The notes under the pieces: model-generated
Seen by the model: only the letters and a program-made list of their open reading frames with translations
What the model was told of the DNA's origin: nothing
Database searches by the model: none
Part shown: positions 47,005-56,354 of the stretch, one piece after another
Layout of the letters: every line of letters starts with the position of its first letter
Position numbering within the stretch: position 1 is the stretch's first letter
IMG/VR virus record: IMGVR_UViG_3300027749_000044
Length of the DNA stretch: 64,000 bases
Direction: 5' to 3' (one strand)
Origin: a virus
Program-made: the position numbers and the translations under genes

Positions 47005-48870
47005 TTAAGTGTATGTTGCCAACTTCAGTGAACCTCGGTCTGCTGCGGTTGGCAACATCATACTCATATTCGAGTTATGATTGATAACAGTGGTTTTGCT
47101 GCTATTATCAGAAGAAATAATAGGTGAACTAAACTTAGAAGACGCGGCCTGATCTTTCATGGCCGCGTTTTTGTTTGTCATGCCTGCTACTGCCGCCGTC
47201 TTAGGAACAACAGATGGTTTTAAAGGAACATTAGCAGGTTTCTTTTTTGCAAATGGATCACCAAAGAATTCGGCCGCCATACCTGCGCCCGTCAAACCAA
47301 ACCCAGCAATATCAGCCGCGATACCAATTGGGGCTCCGATTCCTGTTAAATCGGCCGCTGCCCCAGTAGCATTCAATGCACCACCGGCAGCATATAATCC
47401 ACCGGCCAAGTTATTACCTTTTTTATAGGCTTCCGCTGAAGAGTATGCATCGATCCCGGCGCCGACTCCTGGAATTAAAGCTCCGCCTAATCTACCGGCG
47501 CCTTTGGCGACAACTTTACCTCCGGTCCCCAAAGCTTTACCTGCGCCTTCGGCCAATCCACCGACTGCTTTCATACCACCTTTAACTAATTTGCCGCCTT
47601 CTTCGGCAATACCACCAATAGATTTTTTCGCGCCTTCTAATAATTTCCCGGCGCCTTCTAGTAAATCACCAACAATTTTCTTTGCCTTGTCTGCAATAGC
47701 ACCAATGAATTCTCCGGCAGAAGCTGCCATTTTCTTACCAAATTTGGCAATACCTTCGAAGATATCTCCCAATTTACTTTTGAACGTGGACCAAAGTGCT
47801 TCCAACCCTAATAATAATCCTGCGCCAGTTCCGTTAGGATCTCCTTCAGGTACTTTGGTGGCATCTTGTTTATTATCATTTGCAGCCATAGGTCGACTGT
47901 CTTGGGCAATTTCTTCCGGTGTGATAGGAGGAGGAGTTTCGCCTTTTATTGCTTTAGTAATCGCATCTGCTAATTTAGTAATTACATTTTGACTTATATC
48001 CGTAATCTTTACGCCTGATTGGGCAGAAATATGATCGCCTGTATTCAGTGCCGGTTTCGCGTCAGGGGCATCGGATCCACTGCCAGGCAATCCAGCGAGT
48101 CTTTTTTGTTCATATTCATTCGCTTTGATTTGGTCTTTATTGTTTTGGTTAAGGTCATTGAACCGACGCACGATCCCTGTGGGATCCAATCTTTCGCCGA
48201 CCCCCTGGAAGTATTTTCCAATTCCTGCCATTGCGGAAGATCCCGCGGCGACCAACCGCCCCGGACGATTGTTGTATTTTTCTTGTTCTTCTTTGTAATC
48301 ACTCTCGCCATGTTCTTTCCCTGTCAATTTATTAATATATTTGCCGGTTGCTGGATCTTTTTCTATTTGAGGAACTGCTCTGAGTTGATTATATGTTTCC
48401 ATAAATTTGCCGCCAGATCGGCTGCCCTCACCGATTGCACCTTTGATGGCGGCTTTAAGTAATTCACCTATTGATAATTTAATACTTTTGATTTGGTCCT
48501 GTGGCGACATAGGAGATTCATTTGGTCCTGCTCCTGGCCCACGTTGCAATTTATCACCAAGAGTCGAAACTTCAGACTCAACTCCACCCATGGTTTTATT
48601 AAGTTCTTTTACTCTATCAATGAGCGCAAGTAAAGATTCTTGTTCTTTGCTGTCGCCTTTTTCTACTGAATTTTGTAAGGCCAACAAATCAACTTTTAGG
48701 CTTTTATCTTCTACCGGTACAGTTTCTTTTTGTGATTTTGCTAAACCTTGTTCCAATACATTTTGCATTCCGGGTGGTGCCGGTGCTTTTGATTTTTTGT
48801 CGACCCAAGTATCGTCTTGTTTGATATACGTGGTATCGCCAATTTTTATTTGGGGTGTTTTATCGGCCAT
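47005..48870 (-). CDS. gp29-like baseplate hub / tape-measure-like protein
   Basis: Gly/Ala-rich amphipathic repeats, hydrophobic stretch, position downstream of 26/51. Confidence 0.6.
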   Translation of the reverse strand: MADKTPQIKIGDTTYIKQDDTWVDKKSKAPAPPGMQNVLEQGLAKSQKETVPVEDKSLKVDLLALQNSVEKGDSKEQESLLALIDRVKELNKTMGGVESEVSTLGDKLQRGPGAGPNESPMSPQDQIKSIKLSIGELLKAAIKGAIGEGSRSGGKFMETYNQLRAVPQIEKDPATGKYINKLTGKEHGESDYKEEQEKYNNRPGRLVAAGSSAMAGIGKYFQGVGERLDPTGIVRRFNDLNQNNKDQIKANEYEQKRLAGLPGSGSDAPDAKPALNTGDHISAQSGVKITDISQNVITKLADAITKAIKGETPPPITPEEIAQDSRPMAANDNKQDATKVPEGDPNGTGAGLLLGLEALWSTFKSKLGDIFEGIAKFGKKMAASAGEFIGAIADKAKKIVGDLLEGAGKLLEGAKKSIGGIAEEGGKLVKGGMKAVGGLAEGAGKALGTGGKVVAKGAGRLGGALIPGVGAGIDAYSSAEAYKKGNNLAGGLYAAGGALNATGAAADLTGIGAPIGIAADIAGFGLTGAGMAAEFFGDPFAKKKPANVPLKPSVVPKTAAVAGMTNKNAAMKDQAASSKFSSPIISSDNSSKTTVINHNSNMSMMLPTAADRGSLKLATYT

Positions 48871-49148
48871 TAGTGTTTATCTGATTCATTCAATATATTT
48901 GTAACTGTATTTGGACCATTTGCACTTTTTTTGGCAAATTGTTCAAGACCAGTAAATCCTAATCCAGCAATTGTAATATCTTTAATGCCGTCAAAAATAA
49001 TTCCATCCATCTTGTAGCCCCAAAACAAATCAGAAAAAAATGCTATGAGTAATGCTACAAGACAAATGAATGTGATCCATCGTTTTGACGAAGGATGACC
49101 ATCGATATCTTTAAAAATATTATCGATATACTTTAAATTTGCGTTCAT
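48870..49148 (-). CDS. Small two-TM protein (holin-like)
   Basis: SSKRWITF..; AGLGFTGLEQF. Confidence 0.6.
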   Translation of the reverse strand: MNANLKYIDNIFKDIDGHPSSKRWITFICLVALLIAFFSDLFWGYKMDGIIFDGIKDITIAGLGFTGLEQFAKKSANGPNTVTNILNESDKH

Positions 49149-49330
49149 CCTGCGCTATCCCTTAATCGTTCGTATTCTTCTTCCAAGAATTGATTTAGTA
49201 ATGAAACATAGATATCGCGTTCGAATGGTATAAGATTTTCTATTTCTGTCAATGAGTATTTATGGTGTTGCATCAAATTGAAATTTAATATATAGTAATT
49301 CGAAAGGCTGTTATGTGCCAGCCCTACTGA
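49145..49330 (-). CDS. 51: gp51-like baseplate hub assembly protein; no start codon at its conserved N-terminus (not in ORF track)
   Basis: HNSLSNYYILNFNLMQHHKYSLTEIENLIPFERDIYVSLL; first ATG only at 49273. Confidence 0.8.
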   Translation of the reverse strand, partial: SVGLAHNSLSNYYILNFNLMQHHKYSLTEIENLIPFERDIYVSLLNQFLEEEYERLRDSAG

Positions 49331-50028
49331 AAAAAATCAGAGAGGCCCTCCAATACAATTTTCCTATCATTTCCTAATTTATTTTTATATTCAAAAGTGT
49401 GAATTAACTTTGGCATAGATTCAAAGAATTCGTAGATTTTACTCATTTGATCAACCCGAAGATTGGAAATGAATTCTTTTAATTCTTCAATTGTACTTTC
49501 GGATGCAGGATATACAGTATCAGCATCATAAATTTTGTCAATGCAATGTGCAATTATTTCGATAGTATCTTCTGGATTAGAAGAATCATAAGTTGAAAAT
49601 TTCTTCATTGATTTGAAACTAGGATATTTCATGACTAATCCAATATTTTCATTTATTTGGATAATATTGTTTTTGGTTAATGTATTGTCTATATCTATTT
49701 TATCCAAATCCAATGAAAAATCATAAACAGTTTCATCTTCTGTATCTTGATATTTCAATTCTACAATATTGTTGATAGATTTTGCCCTAATTTTAAGGAA
49801 TAGATATTCAATGGCGAATATCGGAAGTTCGTCAATATTAACTTCATCGATGATACAATTATTTAATATTTGAGTAATTGCACTCAATTGATCTTCTTTT
49901 TCGTCTGATTGTTGGGCAATAAGCAAAATTTTCTCTTCTTTTACAAGAAAAGGCCGAAATTGGATTACCCGTTGTGTGCAAGGAATAGTTTCAGAAAATA
50001 CTGGATACTGAATTTTAGGTAAAGTCAT
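49324..50028 (-). CDS. 26: Baseplate hub subunit / chaperone
   Basis: MTLPKI..FRPFLVKEEKILL..EYLFLKIRAKS..FFESMPKL..LEGLSDFF. Confidence 0.9.
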   Translation of the reverse strand: MTLPKIQYPVFSETIPCTQRVIQFRPFLVKEEKILLIAQQSDEKEDQLSAITQILNNCIIDEVNIDELPIFAIEYLFLKIRAKSINNIVELKYQDTEDETVYDFSLDLDKIDIDNTLTKNNIIQINENIGLVMKYPSFKSMKKFSTYDSSNPEDTIEIIAHCIDKIYDADTVYPASESTIEELKEFISNLRVDQMSKIYEFFESMPKLIHTFEYKNKLGNDRKIVLEGLSDFFQ

Positions 50029-50047
50029 ACTATAAAATCCTTATTGA

Positions 50048-50686
50048 TTAAAAAATTGTACCTGGGGTTCCAGGCAAATTCGTGATAATTTGATTTACAT
50101 AATTTACTGGAGATTGCGAATTTGTTATTGAATTGTCCGCCGAGAAAGTCCAGTTTTTATATAAAAATGCCACATCGATACTGGTAATTTGATCGGTCGC
50201 ATCCCAACTTACTGAAGTATCAGAGACTTGATATGGATAAATATCGTGTACATTATATCGCATTGCAATGCCTCCTTGAGGATTGAAATGGTCTATTGTA
50301 CATCTAGAAATATACGTGTCTCTGTAATTAACTCTATATGAATTATCATTACTCGTATCATCTCCGATTGAGATTATTTGATTTGACCAATCTCTGAATA
50401 GTCTATAGATTTTACCTTGGTCATCATTATAAAATGACATACGAATTGGAGGATACTTGACGCCATATGGAAAATATTCTTCGACTCCGCCGCCGCCGCG
50501 TCTGTTTGCGAATGTTTGGAATTCAAGACCAGGCAAAGATGCTCTGTGACAACGCAAACGAACAAAATCAGAATCATTATAACCTTTTGATTGAGCCCAA
50601 GTAGGCAAAGTGAAAGACACTTCAAAATGAGAAGGTTTCGTATAAGTTGTTACTTTATTCGAAAAATCAGAAACTTTAAAGCTCAT
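50048..50686 (-). CDS. Tail tube-fold protein (gp54/gp19-like)
   Basis: C..ASLPG..F.DW..YP..V..W..F.Y..W. Confidence 0.7.
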   Translation of the reverse strand: MSFKVSDFSNKVTTYTKPSHFEVSFTLPTWAQSKGYNDSDFVRLRCHRASLPGLEFQTFANRRGGGGVEEYFPYGVKYPPIRMSFYNDDQGKIYRLFRDWSNQIISIGDDTSNDNSYRVNYRDTYISRCTIDHFNPQGGIAMRYNVHDIYPYQVSDTSVSWDATDQITSIDVAFLYKNWTFSADNSITNSQSPVNYVNQIITNLPGTPGTIF

Positions 50687-51287
50687 TGGTCATCCTTTGG
50701 CTATCTTCCCATACTTTTTGTTTTGTTGCTCCCGTAAATTGTTCTGTAGGAAGAAACAATGCTATGTCCCATTGTATAGGATTGATGAAAATAAATCTTG
50801 ATTTGACATGGGTGTTCAAATATCGTTTAATACAAGGCTTAATCAACCTATGAGTACTGAATTGTTTTAATGTCTGATAGCCTAATCTGATTTTTGTTTT
50901 GTCATCAAATCGACTGTCAGAAACAATTGTATATAGGGAGTCCATCAGTACCGCGCGTAATTTCGGATTCAAATAGTGCATATTAATTCCATAAAATCCG
51001 CCGTCGGCATAATCAAATGGAAATATTAATGGAAATTTATCCCAATATGGAAGTTTATCTTTTGTTTTTGCATCATAGACGAACATGTACATTTGTCCAG
51101 GGATAATACTTGATTGTAAACTGGCATTTTTTTCTTCAAAAATACCGGCCGGTGTTGCTCCGGTCACTTGTGCTGCCTGATTTCTATACCAATTTCTGGC
51201 AGCCTGGGTACGATTAGGAAACTGGCCTTGGGCCAATCCTTTTTGTAAAATTGTACTGAATACGTATTTGTCTGTAACAGAAGCCAT
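50676..51287 (-). CDS. 2: DNA end protector protein
   Basis: PGQMYMF.YDAKTKDKLPYWDKFPL..GINMHYL..KRYL..LPTEQF. Confidence 0.92.
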   Translation of the reverse strand: MASVTDKYVFSTILQKGLAQGQFPNRTQAARNWYRNQAAQVTGATPAGIFEEKNASLQSSIIPGQMYMFVYDAKTKDKLPYWDKFPLIFPFDYADGGFYGINMHYLNPKLRAVLMDSLYTIVSDSRFDDKTKIRLGYQTLKQFSTHRLIKPCIKRYLNTHVKSRFIFINPIQWDIALFLPTEQFTGATKQKVWEDSQRMTNEL

Positions 51288-51310
51288 TTGTTTCCCTTAT
51301 CCTTTGATAT

Positions 51311-52267
51311 TTAGGAAGACCGGCCAAACAATTCTTTTTCGGTAATTATTTGCCATCTCCAGCCTCTACTTTCACATAATGATTCCGCGGCTTTCCATTT
51401 GGCTTCATTTATTAGCCAAGTTGCAACGGCATTTACATAAGTTTTTGTTTGTTTTTTTTGTAATTTTGGTGGTGAACATTGGACCGAAGGCTTTACTTCG
51501 ATTAGTAGAATTTCTTTTTTGCCATCTTTATTGATTTGTTCAACCCAAAAATCCACGTAATATCTGTGTATTCTGCCATCAATAGGACTTCTATACGGAA
51601 TTATAACTTCTTCTGAGTTCCATTGCAATACATTTGGATTTGCGTCTAAAAATGTCATTAATTTGAATTCATATGAACTTCTATAAATAATATTCGTCGG
51701 ATCACCTTTGTATTTTTTTGGATTATTTGGTTTGAATTTACCTTTCATTGCTTTATTGAACCCTGATGTTTGATTTTGTATATTTTTTATACATTGTTCT
51801 GCGCCTAATTTATTTAATCTATCGATAGTTTTGTCATCACACGTATGATATCTACTGTATTTTATAGCTAATTCTTCTTTAGTTAATTTGCTATTATTCG
51901 AGGTGGATGTTTTAGAAATTTTGTTTCGAATTGTTATATTTTCTTCTGTCGTTCTATTTTTCCAAATATTTTTTTGGTTAATTGAAACACATTCTTTAAA
52001 TTTTTGAAATTTTTCTGCTTCAAATGAAAGATTTTTTCTGTGTAATTTTCCGCCGCAAATATGCGAACATGTTTTTGCATACCCCTCGACAATACTTAAA
52101 AATTTTGTTTCTTGATTACAAACAAAACAGTTACCTTCTACTTCTTTTTTGTAAAATAAATCATAATACTCTTTTGATGTTTTTTTATGTGCTTGGCTGA
52201 CATGTCTTATTTCCGAAAGCTTAGATTTGAAATTTCTATTACAAATTTGGCAAATATTTGGATTCAT
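51311..52267 (-). CDS. 4: Head completion nuclease with N-terminal zinc-finger extension
   Basis: C-terminal KGKFKP.NPKKYKGDPTNIIYRSS.E..IPY..HRYYVDF..IEVKP..N.AKW; N-terminal CxxC..H..H and CxxC..CSxxC. Confidence 0.88.
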   Translation of the reverse strand: MNPNICQICNRNFKSKLSEIRHVSQAHKKTSKEYYDLFYKKEVEGNCFVCNQETKFLSIVEGYAKTCSHICGGKLHRKNLSFEAEKFQKFKECVSINQKNIWKNRTTEENITIRNKISKTSTSNNSKLTKEELAIKYSRYHTCDDKTIDRLNKLGAEQCIKNIQNQTSGFNKAMKGKFKPNNPKKYKGDPTNIIYRSSYEFKLMTFLDANPNVLQWNSEEVIIPYRSPIDGRIHRYYVDFWVEQINKDGKKEILLIEVKPSVQCSPPKLQKKQTKTYVNAVATWLINEAKWKAAESLCESRGWRWQIITEKELFGRSS

Positions 52268-52318
52268 AAAATTATACACTAAATAAGAGGAAACTCGGTT
52301 CAATATTTAGGTAGAAAC

Positions 52319-53224
52319 ATGGCCACCAGAACAGATCCTGCCACAGTAATGAATAATAGTTCATTAAAAACTAAAGCAGGACTTGTATTTCCTTCCGATT
52401 TACAATCAACGTATCAAGACTTTATGGCTATTAGTGCATTTAAGTATAGCCGAGATGCTGCTGGAGATAAACCGGCTTTGACTCCGGGCGGAGGAAATGG
52501 AATAGGTACAGTATTCCTTCCTATGCCAACTGGCGGTCTTTCTGATTCTTATAAGATAAACTATAAAACCGATGCATTAGGTGTAATTGGTGGCTTTGCC
52601 AAAGATATTTCAGGTAACGATCCTTCTCAATGGATCAAACAAGTTGGCGCAGCCGGCAATAGAGCAATGAACGGACCTGGAGCCGGGGACCTCGCTTTAA
52701 TTGGGGCCCAAGAAACCGCCGCGACGGCATTAAATGCAGGCGGAAATTATATTTCCAAAGCTTTTGCCGGCAAAGGCGGTCCAAACCTTGGTGGGTTAGC
52801 AGATCAAATAACTTCGGTTGGAAGTCAAGCTCTCGGCAAAAGTCAAAATCCAAATCTATCATTGACGTTCAATGGTATGGATCTAAAGTCACATCAATTT
52901 ATATGGAAATTGGTTGCCAAAAACAGACAAGAAAGTCAAAATATAACTCAAATAATGAATTTTTTCAAGTCACATGCTCTTCCTGCAAAGTCATCCGATT
53001 TCGCATTTAATTATCCGGATATTTTCAAAATATCATTCCACGGGCAACAAAATCCTTCATTGATTTTATTTTCAACACAAGGAATGTTCTTGACATCAGT
53101 TGATTTCAAATATGATAACGAAGGACATCCAGCTTTTTTTGCTGGTACTGGTGATCCTGTTTCTGTAATCATGAGTTTAAGTTTCCAAGAAAGAATTGTT
53201 CTCACCCGAGAGGACATCAAATAA
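52319..53224 (+). CDS. 48: Baseplate tail tube cap
   Basis: FP.DL, LPMP, NPN..F.G..F.WKL..ES, YP..F, LSFQE..LTRE. Confidence 0.8.
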   Translation: MATRTDPATVMNNSSLKTKAGLVFPSDLQSTYQDFMAISAFKYSRDAAGDKPALTPGGGNGIGTVFLPMPTGGLSDSYKINYKTDALGVIGGFAKDISGNDPSQWIKQVGAAGNRAMNGPGAGDLALIGAQETAATALNAGGNYISKAFAGKGGPNLGGLADQITSVGSQALGKSQNPNLSLTFNGMDLKSHQFIWKLVAKNRQESQNITQIMNFFKSHALPAKSSDFAFNYPDIFKISFHGQQNPSLILFSTQGMFLTSVDFKYDNEGHPAFFAGTGDPVSVIMSLSFQERIVLTREDIK

Positions 53225-53850
53225 TGAAATATTTCGAAAACTTTCCTGTAATTGATTATAATAATGTCAACGTACAAAATTTGTTGATGAGAATTCGTTT
53301 ACTCGAAGGATCAAAAGAACAATCTACGATTTATTATCCTTATGTTATCAAAGACGGAGAGAGAGCCGAAAATCTAGCTTTTGATTATTATGACAGTACA
53401 GATTATGTGTGGATTATCTATCTTGTTAATAATATTATCGATCCTTATTATGATTGGCCTTTGTCTGGAGTACAATTTGATAGATATATTGCAAAGAAAT
53501 ATGAAAGTTCAACTGGGGCGAACGATGGAATTAACGTGGCCAAAAAAACAATTATCGGATACAAACAAATTCCCGTCACATATTATGTTAATCAAATAAC
53601 AAACGTAGTATTGACGTCGAATTCTTATCTTAGTTCTGGAGTATCGGATCCATATAATTGGTTGCCTGTTGTACAAGATAACAATATTATGATATCAACA
53701 AATAGTACATATGATACAACACAATATAATTCGGTCGATCTATACACTACAGAATTCGACAAAAACGAAAAGAAAAAGTTCATACGTCTATTGGATAAAA
53801 CTTATACTTCAGATATTAGCAAGCAACTTAAAGCATTATTGGTGCAATAA
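53224..53850 (+). CDS. 53: Baseplate wedge subunit
   Basis: MKYFENFP..Y.IKDGERAE.LA..YY..WII..NNIIDPYYDWPL. Confidence 0.9.
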   Translation: MKYFENFPVIDYNNVNVQNLLMRIRLLEGSKEQSTIYYPYVIKDGERAENLAFDYYDSTDYVWIIYLVNNIIDPYYDWPLSGVQFDRYIAKKYESSTGANDGINVAKKTIIGYKQIPVTYYVNQITNVVLTSNSYLSSGVSDPYNWLPVVQDNNIMISTNSTYDTTQYNSVDLYTTEFDKNEKKKFIRLLDKTYTSDISKQLKALLVQ

Positions 53851-55314
53851 ATGGCAGTCCAAAATAATGAAGCCTACAAAGAATTAGGCTCCCTGAAAAA
53901 TTTCTCTGTTTTTCTATTGAATACAGATAGAACAAAAACCATAGATATCACATTGCAAATGTTGGCAATGACGATCTATGAAGACATTTTTTCGCCTACT
54001 TTGTATGGAACGATTACTATTACTGATTCTATTGGACTCATGAACGGAGTCAAAGGATCGGGCAACGTATATTTTCCAATTGTCGGAGAAGAATTTCTTG
54101 CGGTCAATTATGAAGTCGCAGGCAAGCCAGACGTTACCCTTGGATTCCAAATATATAAAATCGAAGGAATTGAAAATGAGCCAAATTTTAAGAACAGAAA
54201 ATACCAATTACATTTTGCGAGTGTAGAACATTTCAAAGATGCCACAACACTTATTCAAAAATCTTATAAGTCTGCTATCAATGACATTGCGTCTGACATT
54301 TTCACCTCATATTTGAAAACAAATAAAACACTTGACATACAACCTACGCGAGGCCAACAAAATATTATTATACCTAGACTTACGCCATTTGAAACATTGG
54401 AAATGTTAGCCCGTAGATCAGTCGACCAGGCCGACAACAAAATAGCAGCATTTCTTTGTTTTGAAACAACAGATGGCGTTTTTCATTTCAAAAATTTAGA
54501 ACAGATTATATTGGATGGGCACAAGAAACAAACGTCAAATTCTTCATTGTATACGTATTATATTAAAAATCCTAATATCACAGACAATCAGACTGATGCA
54601 TTCAAGACAGTAATATCATTCAAAATTAAAAATAAATTCGATACTATAGAAAAATTGAAAAAGGGATATTTCGAAAATTCAACTATAGTATATGATTTTA
54701 TCAACCATACATTCACTGAAACCAGATTTCGGTTCAAAGACGAAAACAAAAACACAGTATCTTTGGCAAATTATCCAGAAAATTCTGTTGCGTTCATAGA
54801 TAAAGTAACTAGTCCAACAACAAACACCAGTGGCACTAATACTTCTTCCGCGGCAAATACTGATGTATATGTTAAAAAATTTATGGTTGCCAAAGACTCT
54901 ACATTACCGGATACTTGGTTCGAAAATGTATATGGGTCAAAGGCGAGCTATATTACCAGGTTGGCCCAAAATATGACGACAATGGAAGTATACGGTGATC
55001 CTGAAATTCGCGCCGGTGATGTAATTAACTTACATTATCCAGAAATCATAGGGTTAACTAATCCTCCTGATAAAGATTTATTTTTATCTGGTAATTTTTT
55101 GATCGCAACAATTCAGCATAAATTTACGAAAAATGCTTATGTTGCCACGATGGATCTATATAAAAGTGGATACGAATCCGAAGTAAAAGAAACAGAACAA
55201 CGTACAAATACAAATATCAATTCACTCACATCTGATATAAACAAACTATCGCAAGTACAATTAGCAAAACAAATTGATCTAGCTTTGACCCCATCAATTA
55301 AAGTAATAAAATAA
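53851..55314 (+). CDS. gp27-like baseplate hub protein
   Basis: IYEDIF..L.G.I.I.D..PIVGEE..FET..G..AGDVI..SG.FLI..H.F; between 53 and 5. Confidence 0.7.
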   Translation: MAVQNNEAYKELGSLKNFSVFLLNTDRTKTIDITLQMLAMTIYEDIFSPTLYGTITITDSIGLMNGVKGSGNVYFPIVGEEFLAVNYEVAGKPDVTLGFQIYKIEGIENEPNFKNRKYQLHFASVEHFKDATTLIQKSYKSAINDIASDIFTSYLKTNKTLDIQPTRGQQNIIIPRLTPFETLEMLARRSVDQADNKIAAFLCFETTDGVFHFKNLEQIILDGHKKQTSNSSLYTYYIKNPNITDNQTDAFKTVISFKIKNKFDTIEKLKKGYFENSTIVYDFINHTFTETRFRFKDENKNTVSLANYPENSVAFIDKVTSPTTNTSGTNTSSAANTDVYVKKFMVAKDSTLPDTWFENVYGSKASYITRLAQNMTTMEVYGDPEIRAGDVINLHYPEIIGLTNPPDKDLFLSGNFLIATIQHKFTKNAYVATMDLYKSGYESEVKETEQRTNTNINSLTSDINKLSQVQLAKQIDLALTPSIKVIK

Positions 55315-56354
55315 TGGAAAATACAAATGACAACCATTTTATGGGAAGAAATGGATTCTATTGGTTCTTTGGGATCGTTGAAGACCGAGACGATCCTCTT
55401 TGCCTTGGGCGGATCAAAGTCAGAGTATTTGGAACACATCCAACTGATAAAACCCTTGTTCCCACAGAAGACCTTCCGTGGGCCATGTGTTTACAACCAA
55501 TCTATTCAGCCGCCGCTTTTGGAATTGGACACTCTCCAGTCGGACCTGTGCCTGGAACTCATGTCATGGGTTTCTGGCTTGACGGAAGAGATTGTCAAAT
55601 CCCGTTTATCATTGGAACAATTGCAGGTGGAACAGGACAACTAAATTATGGTGTACCACAAAATGGACTTATTGATTCACAAATAGTCGCATCAGCATTG
55701 GGTCCTTTAGGAATTCCAATCAATTTACCAGAAGGAAGTAAATCATTGCCAAATAGAGCCGCAACATTCGCCAAAATCATCCAAGACAGATATGGTATGA
55801 AAGATTATCATGCATGTGCTATCGTAGGTAACATGTGGCTTGAATCCAACGGGTTCAAAGCTATTCGTGAATATGGTACATTACATGGAGTTCCTCAAGA
55901 TCAACCGCCACCAAGAGGAACCAAGAGAGTTGGTTATGGTTGGGCCCAATGGACCAACGATAGACTTGATCTTTTTCTAGATTACTGTAAGAATACAGGA
56001 AAAACACCACAATCAGATGAAGCTAATCTTGGTTATCTTATGCAAGAACTTGATGGAGTTTATGGACAACGCCTTATTCCAGGATTAAAAGCTAATGGAC
56101 CTGTTACAATTAGTAAAGGTGTATGGGCAGGCACATATGATACTTCTACACTAGAAGGTGCCACCCGATATGTTATGGCCGAATTCGAGCGACCTGCCAA
56201 AGGCAAAGACCATGTAGGCGAAAGAATCCAATATGCAGCACAAACATTGGCTGCATTGAATAAAGTAAATGTTCCACAAAGAGGAGCATCAGTTCCGGAT
56301 CCAAATGCTCAAATTACGACAAATAATGATTCGGGAAATGTAAAAGGTAATTAA
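55314..56354 (+). CDS. 5: gp5 N-terminal OB-fold plus phage tail lysozyme domain
   Basis: WFFGIVEDRDDP..LGRIKVR..LPWA..GFWLDG; AIVGNMWLES..GYGWAQWT..R..FERP. Confidence 0.85.
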   Translation: MENTNDNHFMGRNGFYWFFGIVEDRDDPLCLGRIKVRVFGTHPTDKTLVPTEDLPWAMCLQPIYSAAAFGIGHSPVGPVPGTHVMGFWLDGRDCQIPFIIGTIAGGTGQLNYGVPQNGLIDSQIVASALGPLGIPINLPEGSKSLPNRAATFAKIIQDRYGMKDYHACAIVGNMWLESNGFKAIREYGTLHGVPQDQPPPRGTKRVGYGWAQWTNDRLDLFLDYCKNTGKTPQSDEANLGYLMQELDGVYGQRLIPGLKANGPVTISKGVWAGTYDTSTLEGATRYVMAEFERPAKGKDHVGERIQYAAQTLAALNKVNVPQRGASVPDPNAQITTNNDSGNVKGN

